Part shown: in pieces, positions 52,500 to 63,117 of the stretch
How the letters are laid out: each line of letters starts with the position of its first letter
Position numbering within the stretch: position 1 is the first letter of the stretch
NCBI GenBank assembly: GCA_008632985.1
Contig: QPGO01000100.1
Coordinates: forward strand, 238,388-302,387
Source: Psammoneis japonica
Taxonomy: Eukaryota
Reading direction: 5' to 3'
DNA: 64,000 bases
Position numbers and translations under genes: made by a program
Notes under the pieces: generated by a model
Told to the model about the DNA's origin: nothing
Seen by the model: the letters and a program-made list of their open reading frames with translations, nothing else
Database searches by the model: none

Positions 52500-53100
52500 T
52501 TGAGAAGCTGTGTCGTGTGTGTCAGCCTCAAGCGCTTGCACTCTTTGGATCCAAAAATGTTGCAGCAGCTCACAGACTTTAAGCCTGAGAGCATCATGCC
52601 CAAATCTCTGGCCAGCTGATCAACTGGAGGATCAGATTTGAGGCCCTCAGTGTCAGCCTGCTGGGACACAACTGGCTCTTTGCACTGATGAATCTTGGTC
52701 CTTGCCGAAGAGAGATTGCTGTTGCTTGAGAGTTGATCTGCTGAATCGATTTCATGCGCACAGTGAATGCGAAGCCATTGAGCCACAACGTGAGGTCTGG
52801 CTGAGACACTTCTTTGCCCGTGGGCCTTGCGATGGAGCAGCTGATGCAATTGCCGAGAGCAGGTCGCTTTGCAAGAGTGTCGGTTTGGCAAAGGCCATTG
52901 CAGACATGTGGAATCGGATTTGGTCCAATGCAACCCCATGGAGTGGCAAGAGTTACGTCAAGGAGAACATCACGACTCTCCTCGGCATAAAAGTCACCCA
53001 CCGTGACTGCAAATGAGCCATCATCCCTCTTGACGGCACTTTCATGATGGACTTTGGTGATTTTGTCACCAAGATTTGCCACCTCTTGGTTTTGGTCACG
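52500..53100 (-). pseudogene. C-terminal fragment of a VWA-domain protein
   Basis: VTVGDFYAEESRDVLLDVTL resembles the GDLYAEE.RD.L motif that follows VWA domains; frameshifted; VWA core not seen. Confidence 0.6.
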
Positions 53101-53599
53101 TGACGGGCCTGTAGAAAACCCAACGAGTTTGATGACTTTCTTGTCACGTGCTTTGGAGCACTCTCAAGTCGCTTCTTCTTGCTGATTGACAGAGAAGGGA
53201 TGACCACGTGTGTTCGACTGTCGCGACTGAGCAGGAAAGTGTGAACATGGCGAGGTCACGTGCATTCTGCAGCAAAAGTGAACTTGATGAGTTGGCAATG
53301 GGAACCTCTTCATTGTTGCTTCACTTCTTGGTGCGCCAACTGTCAAGTGTGCATGAAATGTCGTGTGCTCGCACTCAAAAGAACGCGACCATGACGTCAA
53401 GCTCATTGCTCTTACAAAACTGCTTTCCACCCGGCCTCGGTCTAAAATCAATGTGCCATCAGTGCCCACATGGACATCATTCCAGAAAAGCACGGGGTGT
53501 CAGTCTGGCTGGGCAAAAGAGTCCAAAGGACATCACAAACCCACTGTCCATCAAGTTTTTGTCTGGCTTCGGAGTCCAGTGGCTAGACTCTTGTTCCAG

Positions 53600-54350
53600 T
53601 TCTAAAGCTTTCAATTCATGCAACGGCGGCACATTCTCCATCACTCCCGGGTTCCAGTTTCTCCCAGATCACCCCCATCATTGGCTTTTTAGGTGGTGGC
53701 TCAATTTGCATCTGCTGAGTTGGCGTTGCAATGTAGTCAGAGAGGGTGTCGCAAGGGCTTGGACAAAGTTCCTGATCGGAAACAACCTGGCAGTCATGAA
53801 CCAAAGATGCAACTGGCATGCCCAAGTCGATGACTCCAATCTGGTGGAGCACAGCCCATTCCAGGTCAAAGCATCCATGTCCCTTGCCAAAACGCAGCCC
53901 ATCTCGGTTGACGACTGAGGCTCCTGCAACTGCCAAATCTAATTTGCTGTGCCTCTGACGAATGTCCGACAACGAAACGCATTGCCGACATCTTTGCAGT
54001 TGTCCAGCAAAACAGTTGCACTGGCGGTGCCGGCAGTCTCTCCATCTGATGGCCTGATTTTCAAAATTACCTTCTGCATCCCACCTGTTGGCATGACAAC
54101 CACCTTGCCGTCTTGTCCTTCTGCGCATCCCAGCAGCTTCTCGAGACAGTTGTCAGGTGTGATGAAGATGGTTTTTGCTTCTGAACATGCTTTCATTTGT
54201 CACAATCTTTTCGTTGCAAGTTCGCTGCCTTCAAAGTCTGGAATGAAATGGTTGAAGTCACAGCCATGACACTTGTGAGGTTTCGCCACTCGCTCCATTC
54301 TCGTCACACCCACTTGGCGTTGCAGCCTTGCGCCAAGTTGCCACGTCATT
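53600..54350 (-). pseudogene. 5-formyltetrahydrofolate cyclo-ligase-family pseudogene
   Basis: DFNHFIPDFEGS, AKTIFITPDNCLE, DGK.VVMPT, G.RFGKGHG(C)FDLEW and VHDCQVV; in-frame TGA at 54200-54202 plus frameshifts. Confidence 0.85.
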
Positions 54351-54937
54351 TTGTCCCACTGACAGCAGCTTGCAGTGGACGGGAGGTGCAGGCGCGAGGG
54401 ACAGCTGGTTGTTCTTCACTGGCATTTGTCATGGATTCTCTGCTTTTGCCCATTGTGGAGGCACCCATGGATGTTCTGTTCCGCAGAAATGTGAAAGGCA
54501 GAATCTCTGGCCTGGGGTGGCAGTCGCGTGGATTCCTTCTCCATTGACCGTCATCAAAAGCAACACCACAGAAACATTCCTGCCAAGGCAGTTGCACATT
54601 TAGGAAATGAAACGTTCTTCCCAACACCGGCAGAAGTGAAGGATTCTTTTCGAACCTCGACGGTCAATGGCGGGTCCAATCACAAAACACAAAACATCTC
54701 GCAGTGGAGTCTCTGCTCTCTGCTCGCTGCAACAAAGAGTGAGTCCATTTTCATCAGGAGCTGGATGAAGCCCATGGTACAAACTTAGAGACAACGGGTC
54801 TAACGGCACCAGCGCCATTGTCGAGAATCAATCATTAGATTTTGATGATGCTCTCTGCAGATGTTGCAGAACGTAGGTTCCACGTAGAAGTAATGCTATA
54901 AATCTCTCCCCAGCGTTTGAATTAACAATTTCTTACC

Positions 54938-55068
54938 CGGTCTGACATCCGTCTGACATCCGTCTGACACCCGTCTGACATTTTTTTTTGTCAGACTACT
55001 CACAAAATACACGAAAAAAATTCGTTTTGAAACGCCCGTGAAACGCCAGTGAAACGCTCGTGAAACAT
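54938..55068 (+). repeat. Two short 11-bp tandem arrays: (CCGTCTGACAY)x4 with one inverted copy, and (GTGAAACGCYM)x4
   Basis: gtctgacatccgtctgacatccgtctgacacccgtctgaca-t9-tgtcagac, then tgaaacgcccgtgaaacgccagtgaaacgctcgtgaaac. Confidence 0.9.
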
Positions 55069-55355
55069 TTGTGTGAGAATTCTGTATTCGCTGAGGATTG
55101 TTTTTGCGTAGGATTTCTACGGAGAGCTACGACGTACTGTACCTATCTCCCCACGTTATTTTGCACCTGCACCCGACTGCGCTGTTTTTCTGAAAAGTTC
55201 ATTCATCGAACCAACGACAACAAGCACAGTTGTAGTTTCCCTAACCACTAAAATTCACAAATCATTGCATATCTGTACTCTTCAGCAACAGCAAGAAAAA
55301 CAAGACAGAGCGAGGTGTGTTGCGAGAGTCAAAAGAGCGACAATAGAGGCGATTG

Positions 55356-56645
55356 ATGTTTTGCGTCCTTCTTGGCCTTGTTCCTCCCAATTTGGATGTT
55401 TGGAAAAAAGTAAAGGAGCAAATAATAACAACAACAAGTAGTGCTGCTCGTGATGGTAATGACGACCATGTGAATCTTCATCTCGAGTGGAGAGGTGAAT
55501 CGCTAGCCACCGACGACGGGACCCTGACATTGCTCGTCGAGGCAGTAAGTGATGAACAAGCAACGCCGGAATCAATACGAGAACTTGTCGAAAAGGAGTT
55601 GTCAAACTATTCTCAAGCAGACGACATTTCGTGTGAAGTGTGGGCCTCGGCTCCGGCGCCCTTGCCTCTGCGCCCATTGGAAAGTGATTACATGGATCTT
55701 TTTCATATCCATACCGACATGATGGTTCGACTGAAACGACGACAAGAGACGACAGTACCACCACTGTGGATACGGCAAGCAGAACGATGCGTCAATGGGG
55801 AATTCTCGTACAACACAATGTGTTGAATGAGACTCAAGTACAAGAGTTGCGTCTCCTCGTGGACGAGGCAGTTTTGCAAGCCGAACAATCCCTTGCCAAA
55901 CACCGACCCGACATTGTCGTAGGACGAGATGTCTTTTTGTTTCAAGAAATGGCGTCTCGGAATCTGGAGCGGTTTGATCTTCGTCTAACTGGGGATGCGT
56001 CCGACTTTGTAGAAGACCATATTCTGAACAACACGGCCGTGTCGGCCTTGCTGGAAGCAATTTTGGGAAAGGATGACGACATTGATTTTGACTTGTCCGT
56101 GGTGTATTCTCGGCCGGGAGCTTGTACTCAAGGTTGGCACGCCGATGGTAACCATCAAGTGGGTGCACTCGATGCTGGATGGACCGCCGACGGCTGGAAA
56201 ACGTCGTTGGCGGATGCCTATGCCGTTTGCATGTTTATCCCCTCATTGATTTAAACCAGCATGTCGGATTTACCCAATTTTGGCCGGCCTCTCATCAACA
56301 CCGTGACTTGGTGGGTTTTGGAAAAGTAGCCGAAATCACGCAAGCCACCTTGGATGGGACATGCTGGCGGGAAGCGCAATCTGGTATGACTACCGATTGC
56401 TTCATCGTGGAATGCCCAACCAATCGACCGTTGTTCGTCCCGTCGTTCAAATTATTTTCAAAAAGAAATGGTACATTGAAAAAGCAAATTATGGAACCGA
56501 ACCAATTATAGCCGCAGTACAGACAGGAATAGTAGAGTTTAGATTTCGAATTACTCTTTTATCAACTACGTCGTTGCATCCATCCGTCCTTTATACGAGA
56601 CGACAAAGGAAACGACCAATCGTCAAGATCATGGCGATACTCTAA
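55356..56645 (+). CDS. PhyH-like 2OG-Fe(II) dioxygenase, frameshifted; ends uncertain
   Basis: VVYSRPGA..QGWHADG, FIPLIDL....GFTQFWPASH and AGSAIWYDYRLLHRGMPN....RP. Confidence 0.8.
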
Positions 56646-56816
56646 AAGCAGCGGCAGCGCTAAACAAAAACAAGTATTCTAGTTTGAATTATGACTATTA
56701 ATTTTTTCTTCCTACACTGCTTTTATGCTTTCTTTTTGAAGTTGCTTCTTGTTGTTGCTGTTGATATTGCCCCCCCTACGAGTTCATTCCCCTACTCCAC
56801 CCCTACTACACACTAA

Positions 56817-57694
56817 CTACACAAGGGATCGCTTGACAAGTTCTTGATGGAACACACCCTTGATTTCTCGTGCCATTTCGTAAACCGCCGAACCCTTTTG
56901 GTTATACGTCAGGGCATTGTCAAAGGTCAAGTTCACGTCGGATTGAAACTGTTCCAACGTTTCATAGCTGCTGAGCTTCTTTTCGACGGTACCAGGTCCA
57001 TGGGAGTCTTGATGATTTCAAAGTAATCGGGGATTTGAAGGAATACCGGATCGACGGGATGATTAAAGACCCATCCGTGATCATGAGTCTTGAGTGAGCG
57101 GAGGATTTCCATACACATGGATCGAAGGGCCGGGCTCATGACTGGCTTGTCGTCGTTGTTGTCGTCGTCGCTCCATGTGATTCGTGCTTTCTTGACTGTG
57201 GGAGTTACAATGGGACAACTACTGTCGGTACTGTTGCTACCATGGTCATCATCAAATGGTAAAGGCTCAAATGCATCGTCCTGATCTCCTTGAAAGACGT
57301 CTTGATAGGTAGTAGTCGCTTTGCGTTTCTTGTCTGGAGGAATCACGACTCCGGCAACACGGGTAGTCCTACTATTATTCTCCGTCTCTAATTTCAACCG
57401 CTTAGCTTTGGCTCGTCCAATCGCATGTCGGACGGGGCCGCAGGTCTGGCACGTGACATCACGACAATTGCGATAATGAGTCAAAATGTACCGGCTGCTC
57501 ATACAATGGCGCACCGTGCACTGTCTCTTTTGGCACGACACCAAATGGTTCCAAAGCGCCTTGAGCTTGGTACAATGGACTGTGACGGGGCACGATTCGT
57601 GTTGACATTTCGACGCGTGTCTCAACAACAAGAGACGTTGTTGTTTGTAGCGGAGCTTCTTATCGGGTACTACTAGAGATGATTGTTCCGTCAT
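56817..57694 (-). CDS. Small TAZ zinc finger + bromodomain protein, frameshift near 56993
   Basis: [13 protein letters not shown]...CPVT.HC...K.LW.H...C...C...HC.SSRYIL.HY..C (TAZ); [10 protein letters not shown]....[13 protein letters not shown], continuing GTVEKKL...[13 protein letters not shown]. Confidence 0.88.
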
Positions 57695-58191
57695 TGTGTG
57701 GGACTGGAAGTGACGACTCCAAATGGCATGTATCGGAGTTGCGCTTATTTTGATCACGCCAAATGAAATGGTGCTCTGGAATTTTTTCGATTTGCTCGAA
57801 ACTCCCTCCGACCTGCCCTCGCGTAGAAATGTACCAGAATCTTACGTACGACCGTTAGATCGGGTTTGCACGACTGCGGACCGCGGTGAATCGCGGAAAT
57901 GACGTGTTCCGCATAGCCTCGGACTTTGAAATTATCGCGGCCTACTAGCTAGAGTACAGTCTACTCTAAACCCTCAGCTATGGCGCACAAAACTCCTTAC
58001 AGTAGGGCCTAGTAGGTTGACGGAAAGGTGATTTCTAGAGTTTGCCAAACAATTAGCCTGCAAGCTACGTACTATTAGAGAGATTTAGAAGCCAGTATTC
58101 GTCAGGGAAAAATGAGTGGCTGCTCAGTCCAGGAGAGAAGCAAAGTACTCTCTGAAAGGAAAAAGGTAAACGGCAAATTATTATGCGGTAG

Positions 58192-59395
58192 TTATGATTG
58201 TCGAATAACAGACAAGAAGAATTCGCCCAAGGTTTGGTACCACTCTTCAGTCATGTGCACATTGTCGGCGTGTTCATTCACCGCCGAGGCTTCAAATGGG
58301 TCCAAAAAGGTGGATTTGTGTTGAAACTTGGGTGTTGTGGCGAGAATGTCCCCGACGGCGTGATTCCAATCTCGAGTTTCATTGAACTTTTGAGGATAAT
58401 CCTCGGTAGCTGGCGCCGTGTTGCCCAAGAATATAATGTGTTCACATTGAGGTTCAACAGTTCCAAGTACCACTTGGCGTTCTTTTCAAACATGGGTTGT
58501 GTGATATTTGGTATAGCCGCATCATGGTGACCAAAGCAAACGACACAGACTGGCTTCCCCCACTGTTCCACATTGGATTTCGTGTTGAAGGTTTTCGATA
58601 AGAAGGAGGCAACATTTTCTTGCGTTGTGTGAAACTCTGGAGACTGCATTTCCACATCTCGAGCAAATTCTACTCCAAAGTACCCTCCATAGATGAGAGG
58701 CTTGGTACTATTGCAAGACTTTTTAGGCGCTCGTCCGTAGTCACCACATATTCTGTCTGACACCCGGCACATCTGTGCAGTAGGGGTTCTCTGCTCCAAA
58801 AGACGTTGGTCCTTCGGCATTTTGAAGATAGTTGGGGCGTCCACTTTTTCTTACGTCTATAGGCTACATCAAATATCTTGTTGTTGTGACAGCGGCGGGC
58901 CACCTCATGGCGAAAGCTGTACTTGTTTCCACAGGTTTTTGCGATTCGTTCCGACGCTTGCTTGAAAGATACTTTCCGACGGTCGTTCTCCGAGCCAGTC
59001 GCATAACGGTAGAGTCCCGAAAAATAACCATCTTTGCCCATCCGTTTTGATCCAGGCTTTGATTTTTCTTTTTAAACGGGAGGCGCGACGAGAGAACCTT
59101 TCTGCATTCAAACTGGTCATCAGGTGACCACTCGCACGACATTTTAATCTCATTGCTGTCGTCAATCGTTACCTCTTTTTTGTGGTTTGACATAACTGTG
59201 CTTTTGGATCCTCATCGAATGCCAGTGAAACTATAACGCGATCCGCAATCAGTCCAGCCAGAAACGCCAATGTCAAAATCAGCCACACCTTTTTCTTGTG
59301 CAACACCGACGGAGCGACACTCTTTTGATCAGTCGTTACCATTTTCAGTTTCAGCATAGTAAGGAGTTTCAGCAACTAGGGATAAATCTCCCCAT
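58192..59395 (-). CDS. Type II membrane SGNH/PC-esterase-like protein, paralog A (multiple frameshifts; may be a pseudogene)
   Basis: RWLFFG(D)STV, VEFARDVEMQSPEF.TTQENVA, FGHHD and DNVH motifs across shifted frames. Confidence 0.7.
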
Positions 59396-59876
59396 TGAAG
59401 AATCGTCTCCCTCAAAGGTCGGATCCGTACAGTTTCGTTTCATCGTGCAGCCTTCTTCTAGAGAGAGTCCGAGTACTAGAGTAGAGCCTTCTTCGCAGAA
59501 AAAATGAGACTGGGAGGTGCGGCGGGGTCATCGAACTGAAAATGACTGGTCACAGTCATTGAGTCTGGCAATTTTAAACTATGCAGTACGTATAAATGGA
59601 TGTTATGTTTTAGTACCGAATTTCAAATTTTGATTCCTGCTGGCGTGTTTTCGAGATGTCCAATCTACATTCGTCTTGGTAGAGGATCTACATGTGTGGT
59701 TGAGGTGCGAAAGCGAACCTTTTCCTTCACAAACCACCTTAAAGTGAAAGGAAAAGGCCTCGGGTACTTTACCGAAGAGATAAGCATAGCTGTATCCATC
59801 ACCTTTAAGCTCAACGTTACGATGTTTGCTAGTATTAAACGTCGTTCTCGGCTGAAATCGGCGTTGACGGAACCCC

Positions 59877-61181
59877 ATGAATTCAAAAATGGAGTTCCAG
59901 CCACTGGTCGTTGAATCAGGTGATGACTACCGAGACGACGGCGATCCCAAATCGTCTAAAACGAACAGCAAAATCCACTCTTCTCCCACAACCTTATCTA
60001 CAAAACGCCTGCGGCTGCTCGTGCCATTAGTTTTTCTATGCGGAATTATTGCAAGCCGAACCGTTACAATACTATTCTCGAGAACTAATTCCAAGGAAGC
60101 CCCCAGCTTCGAAATCGACGACAACAAGGAAGAAGAGGGAGCGGAAGAGTCTATCATAGACTCGGACAAGAGCATGACGCCCATTAGTACGGCTTCTGTG
60201 GAGGCTACCAGCCAGCCAGCGAAAATCGAGTGCATCTGGGGTCCTAAAGCGCAAGACGAGTGTAAAGATTTCCTGAATGCTCGCCTTCCTTACTCTCAAC
60301 CAAACAGGTCGCCTAGCAGTAGTCGGATTGGCCATCGTTGGTTATTTTTCGGTGACAGCACAATGACACGGCTGGTTCGGACAACAAATCTTAGTGTCTA
60401 TCTGGCTCGCAAGGCAGCTGATAGAATCAACAAGGAATGCCCAGACAAGTTCGAATGTGACCTGCGGCTTGCAAAGAAATGCATGTACAACGAGAAATTT
60501 GATTTGGAATACCGAAGGAACATGGACTGGACACCTCCCGACTATTTAAACAAGGCTGAGGGACCTAGAGATGTTCCAAATGAGCCCTACTGTGTAGATT
60601 GTGGGGGGTGCAGATACGAGTTTGTAGTCTGTAAAGATTTGGGGCCTAACAGGACATGCAACGGTCTTGACGCACCAGTTACACATGGAGGGTTGATCAC
60701 TGTGGAATTCGCTAGAGATGTCGAGATGCAAAGTCCTGAATTTCTAACCACGCAAGAAAATGTTGCTGCATTCATGGCTCGCTCGTTTTCTCCACAATCG
60801 ATTGTCGATTCCCTCGGCAAGCCCGTGTGCGTGGTAAATACTGGGACGCATGACTCCAAGATCCCAAAAATCACAACAGAAAAGTTTATGACCAACCTCA
60901 AGTGGTATCTTGGTCTACTAGAGCCACAGTGCGAACACATTATATATCTTGCCACGGTTGCTCCCGAAGCAGATCGGTTCCCCGGACACATTGCCTTGAT
61001 GTATGAATGGAATATCAAAGTCCACGAGTTTCTCGCCACGGATGCGAAATTTCAAGAAAAATCTACGTTTATCAATGTATTCAACACTTCAAAGGAGGAG
61101 GAGCACGATGGGAAAATACATATGGAACAATCATGGTACGATGATCTCGCATCCTTGTTTATGCCACTTATTGATAAGTAG
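59877..61181 (+). CDS. Type II membrane SGNH/PC-esterase-like protein, paralog B
   Basis: Intact 434-aa ORF; N-terminal TM, FFGDSTM (GDS), VNTGTHD and DGKIH (DxxH). Confidence 0.82.
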   Translation: MNSKMEFQPLVVESGDDYRDDGDPKSSKTNSKIHSSPTTLSTKRLRLLVPLVFLCGIIASRTVTILFSRTNSKEAPSFEIDDNKEEEGAEESIIDSDKSMTPISTASVEATSQPAKIECIWGPKAQDECKDFLNARLPYSQPNRSPSSSRIGHRWLFFGDSTMTRLVRTTNLSVYLARKAADRINKECPDKFECDLRLAKKCMYNEKFDLEYRRNMDWTPPDYLNKAEGPRDVPNEPYCVDCGGCRYEFVVCKDLGPNRTCNGLDAPVTHGGLITVEFARDVEMQSPEFLTTQENVAAFMARSFSPQSIVDSLGKPVCVVNTGTHDSKIPKITTEKFMTNLKWYLGLLEPQCEHIIYLATVAPEADRFPGHIALMYEWNIKVHEFLATDAKFQEKSTFINVFNTSKEEEHDGKIHMEQSWYDDLASLFMPLIDK

Positions 61182-61462
61182 ATAGCCCGAAGCCCAAAAG
61201 GGATGCATTTGCAGCGGGGAACGAAGCGTTCACGGGGTTAAGATCTAAAAGTAGGGGGACTTTATGACACACACACTAAGATATTTTATGTCTAACAAGA
61301 GCGACTGCTCCTCCCGATTCATGCTGTTGAAAACGTTCGGGTTGTCCTGAAAAAAATCTTGGATGGCTCCTGCATGAGGATTTTGGTAGTAACCCCTCAC
61401 GCTTCTAGTCGAGCCACCTTTGTTCAGAAACTACTCAGTCGCCTCAAGGAACCCAGATCTCC

Positions 61463-62147
61463 TTAATTATTCGTCGTTACGATGGTTCTGATAGAGTCTT
61501 GTAAGAATTTCATTTTGTTGGTGTCTTGGGGAGTAGTCACACGAATGAACAGGTCAGAGCAGCAGCAGTCGTCAAGGTCCGCGAACTTCTTGACGAAGTA
61601 ACGGACTCTTTGTTCATAGTCCGTTGGAATTTCTGCAAAGGCCTTGGATGGTTCCTGGTCTTGAATGCCGCTCGACAGAATCTGCTTTGCAAACAGGTCC
61701 TTTTGATTGAGCACGAGGATTTTGGAAATATCGTTTGCTTCTTTTGAATCACAAAGCCTCTCCCAACTCTCCAATGCGCGCTTCATTCGATTCTTCCTTG
61801 CGTGCTTAGTGACACTTTTTGCTTTATCTGGACCATACTCGTCGTCATTTGGCAAGTCTGCAACGAACAAGGCCGCATCCCTGTATTTGAGATACTTGGT
61901 CCAGTCACCATTTGGTTGACTTACACACAAACGAGACACGTCGAGAAACTCATGCTCAAATCCATCAATCAGGTACCTATATTTGGTAATGAAAGATGAA
62001 ATTGATTCAACTCTCTCGTACCTTCCATATCGCTCTCGTATCGCTCAAAGAGCGCCACGAGAGCTTTAGGATCTCCCTCACAAGAATCCTGACTTTGTCC
62101 AGGTTCGCTCGCTCCAAGACATGCTCTTCCGGCGCAGGTGCAATCAT
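61463..62147 (-). pseudogene. Truncated G-alpha-like gene, copy 1 (frameshifted, small deletions)
   Basis: ILVLNQKDLFA.QI and YFVKKF...FIRVT...DTNKMKFLQDSIRTII-like C-terminus; colinear with 63118-63942. Confidence 0.7.
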
Positions 62148-63117
62148 GGTTACTGTACCAACAAAATGCTTTCTCTAACTATGTCATTTTCATAAAATGT
62201 CGCATTACGTAGGAAATGAAGTTCACGTTTGCTACACTGTATGCAACATTTTTTCTTCTTGCTGCCACGTCGGGTTGGGGGTTCGCGCTTCGATCCTTGC
62301 TTCGAGATGGTTGATTCTTGTTTTTGTTTGTCACCCGCGATCTTTCAGTCATGGGTCGTGCGATAGAGGTGGAATCAGGAATCTTTCGATTTACACCTGT
62401 TTCAACAAAAATGAAGGAGCGATAATAAGGAGCAACACCGCAACACCATGGCGGCGCCATCTGCCGTAGGAGATTGATAGCCGGGCTTCTTTCTGCTGTT
62501 ACTAACGCAGTCAGACATGAAGGTGATTTGAAGGTCTGAAAAGGCCATCAAACCGCTCCTAAAAGACACGAGATAGACGCATGAGGAGAAAGGCGCGTCC
62601 GTGCCGGGCGTTTACCTACGTTCAAGGAGAAACTTAGAGACACACTACACACCCCATGTAAACAAAGCGTTTGATGGATACCTAAGGAGGCATTTTATGT
62701 TGAAAGGATAGCAAGATACAGCGAGATTCACGAATTGCTCATCACATCAATCTGATCGCTTTGGTCTTGTTCTCCCTGTGAGCGTCCCACAAAGAGAGAT
62801 CATGAATTAACTTCATAAGTTGTAAGTATAGTCTTTGTTCTCGTAAGTTGTACTGAAAAGCACCATCCCACATGACGAAGACAAAAACCTTTGCACAGGG
62901 AGTTGGATACGTGGTACAAGTCTTTGGACTTGGTGGATTACGATGAAAAGAACATACTTTCTCTCTGATGGGTGGGATCACATAGTTTGTTGATCAATCG
63001 GTGCACCAGAACAGCAAAGTCAGTCTCTCTCACATGATTTCTTCCATCCTGTTGTCTTTTCAGGAAACTTATGCTTTGACTCTGGTCTCGAAATGTACAG
63101 TATTTTGTTGGTATAAA

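Larger units (their letters stand above)
50560..54780. other. TpA-depleted block 3 (CpG largely retained) carrying host-gene-derived pseudogenes
   Basis: Hand count over 51181-51480: about 2 TA and 14 CG. Confidence 0.85.

Noticed and set aside
54938..55068. CRISPR-like array
   Set aside because: 11-bp head-to-tail repeats with no spacers and no cas genes, in a eukaryotic context.
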